From Candidatus Poribacteria bacterium (GTDB lineage Bacteria > Poribacteria > WGA-4E > PCPOR2b), in contig OZ240245.1 in assembly GCA_965198175.1 (NCBI GenBank), positions 1,504,001-1,568,000 on the forward strand: DNA of 64,000 nt, written 5' to 3'. The notes below the pieces were generated by a model. It did no database searches and was not told the DNA's origin. It saw only the letters and a list, made by a program, of their open reading frames with translations. Both the position numbers and the translations under genes were made by a program. The first letter of the stretch is position 1. Each line of letters opens with the position of its first letter. Shown one piece after another: positions 1 through 8,550 of this stretch.

Positions 1-295
1 GGCGAGGAAGAAAAATCATACCAACGGCCAAATCGCTGCTGGACGAAAGATGTACTCCTAGTTTTTCTAATTCTCTCCGAAACAGCTTTTCCGGGATTTG
101 AGTCAGAACCCCAGCCCCATCGCCGGTCTTGGCATCAGCGTCAACCGCTCCTCGGTGCGTAAGATTAATCACTGATTGAATCGCTAGTCTGAGGATGGCG
201 TGGCTGTGGTTGCCAGAAATGTTAGCGACAAACCCAACGCCGCATGAATCATGCTCAAATTGCGGGTCGTATAATCCTTTATACACATCTCTCAT
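1..295 (-). CDS. gltB: Glutamate synthase large subunit, 5' part (runs off the window)
   Basis: Manual translation from ATG at 295: MRDVYKGLYDPQFEHDSCGVGFVANISG...NLTHRGAVDADAKTGDGAGVLTQIP, the GltB N-terminal motifs (HDSCGVGF, HRGA..AD..TGDGAG). Confidence 0.95.
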   Translation of the reverse strand, partial: MRDVYKGLYDPQFEHDSCGVGFVANISGNHSHAILRLAIQSVINLTHRGAVDADAKTGDGAGVLTQIPEKLFRRELEKLGVHLSSSSDLAVGMIFLPR

Positions 296-537
296 CCTAA
301 ACACCACCTTGCTAACCAGTTCAATTTACAAGCAGGAGGAGCTCTCGCTGCTAATGATTCGAAAGCCGACCAATTTTTAAATTCTAGCGTCTATTTTAAT
401 TGATAGCCTTCAACCTGAAGGCTAAAGAGCGTCTCAGGTGACTGCTACTCTTAGCCCTATTCTTTGAGGCAAGGTTGAAACAGCCATTGGCAAGTTATGC
501 TGAAAAAGAGAACCGATATGTCATTGTGTTTCCGCAC

Positions 538-623
538 GTCATTCTGAGCGACAACGAAGAATTTCGGACGCCAAAGGTTCTTCGTAACTTTAATCTCAAT
601 ACTTGAGTGGGACTCAAGGTGAC
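538..623. repeat. Degenerate palindromic REP-like element (GTCATTCTGAGCG...GAAGAAT...TTCTTCG...CTCAxGxTGAC type)
   Basis: Begins gtcattctgagcg and ends ctcaaggtgac, with an internal cgaagaa/ttcttcg inverted pair; resembles a widespread intergenic palindrome class. Only one copy seen here. Confidence 0.45.
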
Positions 624-858
624 AAATCTATACCCATGCCGATTTATACCCAGAATGGACTTCTGCTAACGTATTTTATTATTTGGATAAGGGAACCGCA
701 TGTCTCACAATCCCCTGGGGGAAGTGTTTCCTGCGGCGCATGAAGGCTAGGGAGAAAGGGGAGGCCATCTCGCAGGAAGGGAAGACCATCTTACGGGAAT
801 ACTGCAAGCTATTCACAGATTGTTGTTTTCGTGGAATCATCCCACACATACAAAATAA

Positions 859-887
859 ATGATACATCAGATTGATTCCGATGTCAA
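859..887 (-). promoter_or_regulatory. Sigma70-type promoter facing gltB
   Basis: Minus strand TTGACA (887-882), 17-nt spacer, TATCAT (864-859). Confidence 0.65.
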
Positions 888-1165
888 GAAAATTTGATTA
901 CGGCAGATATTGGATCGTGGGTTTTGAAAGTAGTGGTTAATACAGCAGCTTGACTGTTGCAATCATCCCATCGGAGACTCCATACTCTCATCATTGAGAT
1001 TTCACACGGATTACCCCGTGATGATTTGTGTTAGAATTCATCAAGTCAAATAGAAAATAGGCATTATCACACTGCCCTAATTCGGTACGATTGTGTCACT
1101 ATAGCTCATCGCGAAGGCAAAATCAATTGAAAAAACGAGGGTATGATTGCTTGTTCTTTTTTGGT

Positions 1166-1195
1166 TTGACAGAAAGAGCGGTTAAGTGATATGAT
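1166..1195 (+). promoter_or_regulatory. Sigma70-type promoter upstream of the crystallin-domain gene
   Basis: TTGACA (1166-1171), 18-nt spacer, TATGAT (1190-1195). Confidence 0.45.
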
Positions 1196-1460
1196 AATAC
1201 TTTAAATCTGAAATTGATTTCTAATTCTTAATATATAACTGCGGGGAACGCTTGCTAGTTGTCATGCCCATCTCATTTTTGAGGTATTCCAACATCCGGC
1301 AAAAACGAAGTGATGAAACAGGTGAACGGGGATTGGAGGGAGAGTTTCAGCGTGCAACACTATGGTCTATACCTAATAGCGTAGCGAGGGATGTCGATTG
1401 TCAGCAAATATCTAATGTGCGGCATCCAGCCTCAAACACTAGTGATTTGGAGGATACGAA

Positions 1461-2876
1461 ATGGCACTCACGCCCCGATTAGTTGTTGAAGTTTTTGAGC
1501 ATGTAAACTTTCAGGGACGCAAAGCCACAATTATTAATTCTGTATCAAATTCGGAAGACGTTGGTGTCCACGATGTCATTTCCTCAATCCGAATCTATAA
1601 GGGACCCGGTTTCAATGCATCTCCCAACTACAAAGCGATTTTCCATGAGATCGCCAATTACCAAGGGCGAAGATTGGTTCTTGGACCAGGATTCTATCCA
1701 AACATCCACGATATTCCTTACAACTTCGGGGACATTATCTCTTCCGTCAGTTTTAGTCCTGCTGCCAATCCGACCCCGCCAGATTATGGTGCGATTCCGG
1801 TCATAATTGAGACATTCCAAGATCTTGACTTTCATGGCCAAACAAGCATAATTATGCGGGATGTCAGCGATCTCCGAGAAATTGGAATGGACAATGCCAT
1901 TTCGTCTTCGCGGATTCAGCGCGGTCCTAACTTTCCTTTCAGTGGCTGTCATGTGGTTTTTTACGACCAACCCAATTTTGAAGGGCGGCGGATGAACATT
2001 CAGTTAACCTCACGCGAATTCCGGGTAAGTATTCGGAATCTCCACGAGGCGCCTCAATCATTTTCGGATATGATTTCCTCCGTGAAAATTGTTCCGCTCG
2101 GCGCCTTTCGTGTTCTTGTCGTCGTTGGCTATCGCACCACCCCGGAACCGTCTATTTTAGAATCGCTCACTAAAATTGAAGGACACGAATTCCAATATAA
2201 AATAATCAATATTAATCCTAACCCCGATAACTTTGGAGATGCAAACACCGCCGTCAAACTTTCTAGTGAAGTTCTCTCCGAATACGACATTATATGGTTC
2301 ACATGGTTTGCGGCGGCACACGATCAAGAATACTTTGTGGAAGACGCCGAGGAGGCGATTAAAGATTTTGTAAGGAAGGGCGGGATTGTTTGGGCTTCAT
2401 CCATGGACAACAACATTGTTCCACCTGATGGCGTATATACTCACGAACCAATGTGGCGTGGAGATTGGCTACCCGTGGATCGGCATCCGATTCGTATCGT
2501 CAATTCGGATGATGTGAATATCAACATAACACCCGAAGGACAGAGAACAGGGTTGTTCACGTGGCCCCATCAGGTCGATGTAAATGCGTTGGTAACCGAC
2601 GATCACTGGGTTACAGATGATTCCGCATATACCCGATTGGCAGTGCGTAGTGACAATGACGAAATTGTGAGTTTTCAATTGCGATGGGGCGATGGGTATT
2701 ATATCACTTTTGCGGTAGATACCCGCGATGCACGGCGAGCGTCCCTCGCAAAAACGTTGATTGAAAATGCCCTTTGCTATCTGGCGAGTCTTGCGTGGCA
2801 ATCCTCACCTCGACAACCGCTCAAAGGGCGGCACCGAGCCCCTTCGAGTACTGAGTGGCACGGACAAAATAGATAA
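1461..2876 (+). CDS. Beta/gamma-crystallin (Protein S-like) domain protein with a C-terminal class I GATase-like alpha/beta domain
   Basis: Four Greek-key motifs (FEHVNFQGR..DVISSIRI; HEIANYQGR..DIISSVSF; FQDLDFHGQ..NAISSSRI; YDQPNFEGR..DMISSVKI); C-terminal LSEYDIIWF...IKDFVRKGGIVW; RBS GGAGG; no signal peptide. Confidence 0.8.
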   Translation: MALTPRLVVEVFEHVNFQGRKATIINSVSNSEDVGVHDVISSIRIYKGPGFNASPNYKAIFHEIANYQGRRLVLGPGFYPNIHDIPYNFGDIISSVSFSPAANPTPPDYGAIPVIIETFQDLDFHGQTSIIMRDVSDLREIGMDNAISSSRIQRGPNFPFSGCHVVFYDQPNFEGRRMNIQLTSREFRVSIRNLHEAPQSFSDMISSVKIVPLGAFRVLVVVGYRTTPEPSILESLTKIEGHEFQYKIININPNPDNFGDANTAVKLSSEVLSEYDIIWFTWFAAAHDQEYFVEDAEEAIKDFVRKGGIVWASSMDNNIVPPDGVYTHEPMWRGDWLPVDRHPIRIVNSDDVNINITPEGQRTGLFTWPHQVDVNALVTDDHWVTDDSAYTRLAVRSDNDEIVSFQLRWGDGYYITFAVDTRDARRASLAKTLIENALCYLASLAWQSSPRQPLKGRHRAPSSTEWHGQNR

Positions 2877-2999
2877 TGTGCAAAGCGCAAAACGTGACAC
2901 CTATAGGAAGGAATATTCGTCCACCTTTCTCGTTTTCCCAATATCCCGTTTTTTGTTTTCTTCGTTTCCACCTTTGAACCCTCCACGCTATAGGAGAAG

Positions 3000-5273
3000 T
3001 TGATGCGTTTGATCGGTGTCATCGTAATCACAGTCGTGGTTGCGATAGTCGTTGGAATCTTGGTTAACGAGCAACTAGCTGATGCTATACAAGGGTTGTT
3101 CCGCTGGTTGATGATTACAGGCGTCATTATCCTTGCAATCCTCGTTGCCTTTATTGGCTCTGTCATTCGTTACAGAAAACCGAAATCTGATATTGCTCTG
3201 GTTCGGACCGGTGGTCGCCGCGAGAAAATTACAATCACCGGCGGTATGTGGATCAACACCATTATCCACGAAGTCAAGGAAATTTCACTGAATACGATGC
3301 GCATTGAAGTCGTGCGGGAAGCGCAAGAGGCGTTGATTACCGTCGACTTGAACCGAGCAGATACCGAGGCAGTATTCTATCTCAAAGTGGAACCGATAGC
3401 GGATGAAATCTTAAGGGCAGCTCAAGCGCTCGGCGATAAATCGATGACGCCGGAGACCGTACGCGAACTCATTGAGCCGAAGCTCGAAGGCGGATTAAGA
3501 AGCGTGGCTGCCGAAACCGAAATCCAGGATTTGTTGCAAAAACGACAGGAGTTTGCGGACAACGTCCAAAGAGCGGTTGGCTTAGATTTGAAAACTCAAA
3601 ACGGACTTACACTTGAGACTGTCTCAATTATCCGTATCGACCAAACCCCAGTTGGAACGCTGGATACGGAGAACCGTTTTGATGCGGTCGGTATTCGCAC
3701 AATTACCGAAATTACGGCGGATCAGGCAAGGGAAAAAGAACGCATTGTTCAGGAGAAAGAGGTTGCGATTGTCCGAATTGATGTTGATGCACGCATCCAA
3801 AAGCTCGAAGCGGAGCAGGCACAGGCTTTGGCAGAATCCGATCAACAGCGGAACATTGCCATCTACGCGGCGGAAAGAGAAGCCGATACCCTCAAATTCC
3901 AATTCGAAATGGAACAGGGTGTTCAAGAGCGTGAGTACGAGATGAAGCAGGAGGTTGAAAGAGCGCGGATTACTCAGGAACAGGTGGTTCAAGAGCGGGA
4001 AATCGAGATGAACAGGGAAGTGGAACTCGTCCGTGTAGAACAGGAGCAGGTGGTCGCGGAGCGAGAAATCGAGATGAACCTCATAGTTGAAACGAAGCAG
4101 ATTGGGCAGTCCAAAGCTGTGGAACTCGCTGAGATTGAGCGAATTCTGACTGTTGAAGTGCAGAGGATTGAACAGGAAGAAACGGTAGCCATCCGAGAAT
4201 TTGAGAAAACACTAGCAATCGAGAAGGCGCGCATCGCTCAAGAAGAGGGTGTTGAGTTGAGAGACATTGAGCGGACGTTAGTGGTAGAAACCTCGCAGAT
4301 TGCACAAGAGCAACAAGTACAACTGCGTGAGATTGAGAAGAACCTTTTAGTTGAAACCGCTCAAATCAACCAGACCCGTCAGGTCGAACTGGCGGAAATT
4401 GAGAAGACGCAGGCGGTGCAAGAGCGTGAGATGGAGAAGACTCTCTTCGTCGAAAGGGCACGAATCGCGCAAGAAGAAGGCGTTGCGTTGAGAGACATCG
4501 AGCGTATATTGGCAGTGGAGACCTCACTATTTGCGCAAGAGCAACAGGTGCAGCAACGTGAAATTGAAAAGAACCTGGTGGTTGAAACCGCACAGATTGG
4601 CCAGGCCCGTCAAGTCGAACTTGCGGAGATTCACAAAATCTTGACGGTCGAGCAGGCGCGAATCAGTCAGGAACTGACTGTCACGCTGAGAGATGAAGAT
4701 CGGAAAATCGATGTCGCCCACAGGCAGCAGGTCACAGCGTTGGCGGAACGAGACAAATTATTGGCACAAGCGGAGGAAGTGGGAGCGCAAGTCACAGTTG
4801 CAGCAACCCAGCAGGTTGGAGAGGCTGAATGGCAGCGTGATGTTGCCGTAATTGGTGCAGAAGCACAGGCACAGCCGATTGAACGCCTCGCAGATGCGGT
4901 CCTCGCTGAAGCAAGGGCAAAGGCACAGGGTGAGATGGCACACTTAGAGGCGCGAAATGTTGCCGAGCAACGTGTCCTCGTTCAGGAAGCGATTCTGGAT
5001 CTCATCGAAACATCACCTGAACTTGTTGAGAGACTCATGAAGCCAGTTGAGCAGATCGATAGCATTAAGATTCTCGACATGGGTGGCAGTGACAATCAGG
5101 GCGGCGTCAACCGTAGTAACATGGGGCGTCTTGCAAACACGTTGCTTGACACCGGTGCAATTTCACCGATGTTGAAAGAATTGTTCAATTTTGCCGATGT
5201 TGATGCTCAACAAGTTGCGGATAAAATCGCTCAATATCTTGCCGAACTGGTGAATCGTCCTAGCGATTCTTAG
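3000..5273 (+). CDS. Flotillin/SPFH family membrane protein with an extended coiled coil
   Basis: Two N-terminal TM segments; SPFH motifs (ALVRTG, ISLNTMRIEV, ALITVDLNRADTEAVFYLKV, NGLTLETVSI, NRFDAVG); flotillin C-terminus (MKPVEQIDSIKI). Confidence 0.9.
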   Translation: MMRLIGVIVITVVVAIVVGILVNEQLADAIQGLFRWLMITGVIILAILVAFIGSVIRYRKPKSDIALVRTGGRREKITITGGMWINTIIHEVKEISLNTMRIEVVREAQEALITVDLNRADTEAVFYLKVEPIADEILRAAQALGDKSMTPETVRELIEPKLEGGLRSVAAETEIQDLLQKRQEFADNVQRAVGLDLKTQNGLTLETVSIIRIDQTPVGTLDTENRFDAVGIRTITEITADQAREKERIVQEKEVAIVRIDVDARIQKLEAEQAQALAESDQQRNIAIYAAEREADTLKFQFEMEQGVQEREYEMKQEVERARITQEQVVQEREIEMNREVELVRVEQEQVVAEREIEMNLIVETKQIGQSKAVELAEIERILTVEVQRIEQEETVAIREFEKTLAIEKARIAQEEGVELRDIERTLVVETSQIAQEQQVQLREIEKNLLVETAQINQTRQVELAEIEKTQAVQEREMEKTLFVERARIAQEEGVALRDIERILAVETSLFAQEQQVQQREIEKNLVVETAQIGQARQVELAEIHKILTVEQARISQELTVTLRDEDRKIDVAHRQQVTALAERDKLLAQAEEVGAQVTVAATQQVGEAEWQRDVAVIGAEAQAQPIERLADAVLAEARAKAQGEMAHLEARNVAEQRVLVQEAILDLIETSPELVERLMKPVEQIDSIKILDMGGSDNQGGVNRSNMGRLANTLLDTGAISPMLKELFNFADVDAQQVADKIAQYLAELVNRPSDS

Positions 5274-5406
5274 CTAGACTTAGCACGGTCGGAAATTGTG
5301 TTGTCCGCCCAATAATTCAATTCTAGTGATGGCAGTAGATTTGTCCCTCGAAAATGTTATTTGAAGTTGCAGCCCGGGTAGTAGCGTATGAAAATGAGGT
5401 CCTCGG

Positions 5407-6708
5407 ATGGCGCGGTTTAATCCTTTTGGGCTACAATGGAGACGACCCAAAAAGAATCGTTGTCGCACCTGCCGAACGGATAATGGCAAGCGCGTATGTC
5501 CTGCGTTAAGTGGAGTATTGATCTGTCCAGCGTGTTGTCAAGCAAAACGCGCAAAAATTCCAGGATGTGATGAACGCTGTCGTTATTACACGCCTCTAAT
5601 TCGCGAAAGCAAAATACACCCGCCGCCCAACTATCCCGTCTATAAATGCTTAATCAGTAACTCAAAAAACACTGGTATGTTGAGCGTTATTGTTGCACGG
5701 GAGCGACCTGATGGTAATTTGAAGACGATGTTTCTGCTGCTCGATCTGTGGAAAAGGGGCATCCGAGACTGTTTTGTCGATGCCAATCTGCCCAAGGCTG
5801 ACCTCGATCGGTATTGTGAGAAACTGGGTAAATCTTATCGCCTTGCCGAGCACCTGCCAGAAAATGAGATTGAAGCGGAGGAGAATTCAATTGATTTGCC
5901 CCAAAATACCATCGTTGTCGAAGCAGAATCTGCTATGCAGATGGACGATGGGGTAAGAATTGTTGAGATGGATGGTGCATCGGCTGGAAAAGCAATTGAC
6001 AGCGCAATTGGTGCGCGAGCAGTGCATGAAATTAACATACCGAAAGCGGGCAGATGGTACGTATGGATTCGCGGATTCTTTCCGGAACGCGCTAAGGATT
6101 CGTATTGGATTGGGCTGGACAATGCCGAGCCCCATCCATGGGATAGAGCTGGAGGACCTGGCGCAATAAAAATATACGCCGAACAGGGCGATTCAGCCAG
6201 TCAAACGGATTCAGCCTGGGGCGTCTGGTATTGGGATTCCGGTGTGAAGAGCGAGTCGGTCCCTAATTGCTTTTTTGATGTGAAGGACCGCGGGAAACAC
6301 AGATTGTGGTCCAAAGGTCGAGAACCTGGATCTATATTAGATCAAATATTGTTGACGATGGACGAGAAGTTTAACCCTGAAGAGGCATCCGCAGGAGAGG
6401 CAATTCCAGTTCCAATAACCGCATCTTCATTTGAGCCGATTCGGTTTGCCGAATGCCAAGCACTTATCCGCTACGCGCTGGATATGGCGACAGAAATACA
6501 AACAGAAATTCCATGGGAATTCGACTACTGGCGTAGCATTGTGGGCGATCTCTCTAATGTGCCTACAATGGAAGGGTCGCTTTACAAGTGTCCCAAGTGT
6601 GGCGAGGATTTACCTGAGCCTGCCGTTGATTTGATGAAAGAGCATGCCCAGTCGGACGATATTCAGTTTTATATTCTCTGTCGAAAATGCGGCGGGGAAT
6701 TTGATTGA
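5407..6708 (+). CDS. Hypothetical Cys-rich (Zn-finger) protein with an inserted carbohydrate-binding-like beta-sandwich
   Basis: N-terminal CRTC...CP...ICPACC...CDERCRYY; C-terminal CPKC...CRKC; central VEAES...GRWYVWIRG...DSYWIGLD...GREPGSILDQILLT module. Confidence 0.7.
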   Translation: MARFNPFGLQWRRPKKNRCRTCRTDNGKRVCPALSGVLICPACCQAKRAKIPGCDERCRYYTPLIRESKIHPPPNYPVYKCLISNSKNTGMLSVIVARERPDGNLKTMFLLLDLWKRGIRDCFVDANLPKADLDRYCEKLGKSYRLAEHLPENEIEAEENSIDLPQNTIVVEAESAMQMDDGVRIVEMDGASAGKAIDSAIGARAVHEINIPKAGRWYVWIRGFFPERAKDSYWIGLDNAEPHPWDRAGGPGAIKIYAEQGDSASQTDSAWGVWYWDSGVKSESVPNCFFDVKDRGKHRLWSKGREPGSILDQILLTMDEKFNPEEASAGEAIPVPITASSFEPIRFAECQALIRYALDMATEIQTEIPWEFDYWRSIVGDLSNVPTMEGSLYKCPKCGEDLPEPAVDLMKEHAQSDDIQFYILCRKCGGEFD

Positions 6709-6758
6709 ACGTCAATCCGCAAACCCCGATCTGAAATTGTCAGAGGAGGTATTTTTTG

Positions 6759-6787
6759 TTGCAAAGGATCGGGTTCTGATATATAAT
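6759..6787 (+). promoter_or_regulatory. Sigma70-type promoter of the nuo operon
   Basis: TTGCAA (6759-6764), 17-nt spacer, TATAAT (6782-6787). Confidence 0.65.
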
Positions 6788-6835
6788 TATGTATGGTGCG
6801 TGTCAAATTTGGACATGTAAATTTTTTTTGCTTAC

Positions 6836-6859
6836 AGTTTGTGATATTTTTCACAAACT
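6836..6859. promoter_or_regulatory. Palindromic operator (Rex-like, also CRP/FNR-family-like)
   Basis: AGTTTGTGA-tatttt-TCACAAACT with perfect 9-bp arms; core TTGTGA-N6-TCACAA; lies between the promoter and the nuoA start. Confidence 0.65.
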
Positions 6860-6882
6860 CCGTCTGAGAGGCTTTAAAATAC

Positions 6883-7272
6883 ATGGATCTTGATTTTGCC
6901 AATGTATTAATTTTCCTGGTTGTTGGGTGTGTGTTTGTCCTCCTTAACCTGACCGTTTCCCGCCTACTTCAAACCCGACTTTTCACCGAAGAAAAATATA
7001 TGCCATACGAATGTGGTGAGGATCCGGTTGGTGACACCCGTATCAAATTTAACGCCCGGTTCTACATCATCGCCCTCATTTTCTTGATTTTTGATGTTGA
7101 AATTGTGTTTCTATTTCCTTGGGGGGTCGTCTTTCGTGAAATCGGTGTTCTAGCATTTGTCGAAATGGTAATTTTCATTGGCATTTTGTTGGTTGGACTC
7201 GCTTATGTGTGGGTCAAGGGCGATCTTGAGTGGATTCGTTCGATTCAGTCAGCAAGTAAGGAGAGTGAATAA
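6883..7272 (+). CDS. nuoA: NADH-quinone oxidoreductase subunit A
   Basis: [35 protein letters not shown]. Confidence 0.97.
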   Translation: MDLDFANVLIFLVVGCVFVLLNLTVSRLLQTRLFTEEKYMPYECGEDPVGDTRIKFNARFYIIALIFLIFDVEIVFLFPWGVVFREIGVLAFVEMVIFIGILLVGLAYVWVKGDLEWIRSIQSASKESE

Positions 7273-7274
7273 CG

Positions 7275-7883
7275 ATGATTATCGAAGAAAGACTCGACAA
7301 GAATGCTATCGTGACATCGGTCGATGCAATTGCGAATTGGGCGCGAGCATCTTCACTCTGGCCCATGACTTTCGGGCTTGCCTGCTGCGCGATCGAGTTT
7401 ATGGCGACTGCTGCTTCTAATTACGATCTCGATCGCTTTGGCGCAGGTGTACCTCGTGCCACACCCCGTCAATCCGATCTCATAGTTGTTTCAGGCACTG
7501 TCACGTTGAAGATGGCGACGCGAATCAAACGTCTCTATGAACAGATGCCTGAACCGAAATATGTCATTTCTATGGGGAGTTGTGCCACAAGCGGCGGTCC
7601 GTATTGGCAGCATGGTTACCATGTCCTGAAGGGGGTGGATCGCATTATTCCTGTCGACGTTTATGTGCCGGGATGTCCGCCTCGACCTGAAGCGGTTCTC
7701 GAAGGGTTGATGAAGCTACAAGAAAAGATCAAAACGCAGACAGTCGCAAAACGTCGCAATATGCCTTTTTTGAGAAAACTTTTTACCAAGACAGAGTTGG
7801 CGAACAATGAAGCAGCGATGGAAGAAGCAAAAGCACACCTCGCGGAGCATGAGGAATCTGAACGCGACGAGGCTGCAGACTAA
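7275..7883 (+). CDS. nuoB: NADH-quinone oxidoreductase subunit B
   Basis: [41 protein letters not shown]. Confidence 0.98.
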   Translation: MIIEERLDKNAIVTSVDAIANWARASSLWPMTFGLACCAIEFMATAASNYDLDRFGAGVPRATPRQSDLIVVSGTVTLKMATRIKRLYEQMPEPKYVISMGSCATSGGPYWQHGYHVLKGVDRIIPVDVYVPGCPPRPEAVLEGLMKLQEKIKTQTVAKRRNMPFLRKLFTKTELANNEAAMEEAKAHLAEHEESERDEAAD

Positions 7884-7907
7884 AGAAATAAGGAGAGTTC
7901 CTTTTCT

Positions 7908-8390
7908 GTGACGCCGCAAGAGATTTACACTCGGTTAAAAAGTGAATTTGGAGAATCAATTCTCTCATTTGAAGAAACAATTGTCGATCCCTTTATTGTC
8001 GTTGCCCCTGAGTCGATAGCCGATGTCGGAGGATACCTTGCCGAAGATGAGGCGTTGGCTTTCGATTTTTTGATGTGTCTAAGCGGGGTTGATTTGAGTG
8101 TTAAGGCTGAAGACCTTGAGGTTGTATATCACCTCTTTTCACTGACCCACCGTCACAACGTTGTCCTCAAAATCATCGTCCAAAAAGAAAATCCCCACGT
8201 TCCCACCGTCGAGACAATCTGGAAGACTGCCAATTGGCACGAGCGCGAAACATACGATTTGTACGGGATTGTCTTTGATGGTCACAGCGATCTGCAACGC
8301 ATTTTGCTTCCAGACGATTGGGAAGGACACCCGCTGCGCAAAGATTATAAAGAGCCTGATTTCTATCGGGGTATGCGGGTACCGTATTGA
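7908..8390 (+). CDS. nuoC: NADH-quinone oxidoreductase subunit C
   Basis: ANWHERETYDLYGIVFDGH..LQRILLPDDWEGHPLRKDY; GTG start with RBS AGGAG. Confidence 0.97.
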   Translation: MTPQEIYTRLKSEFGESILSFEETIVDPFIVVAPESIADVGGYLAEDEALAFDFLMCLSGVDLSVKAEDLEVVYHLFSLTHRHNVVLKIIVQKENPHVPTVETIWKTANWHERETYDLYGIVFDGHSDLQRILLPDDWEGHPLRKDYKEPDFYRGMRVPY

Positions 8391-8550
8391 TTCGTGGAAT
8401 AGGTTGGGGGAAAGTGCTCGTGAAGGCAGGTTGAACAGAATCCACTTTGACAAATTCCTGAACTATTTATGCAGACACTAGCAAATTCACAGAGACCTCT
8501 GTATAAACGCTACGCCGGGAAACGCAGTTGAAGCTCTAAGGAAATTCACT

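Noticed and set aside
691..843. 6S RNA
   Set aside because: Long-hairpin potential exists but no recognisable 6S sequence motifs or typical gene context; kept only as an unassigned structured leader.
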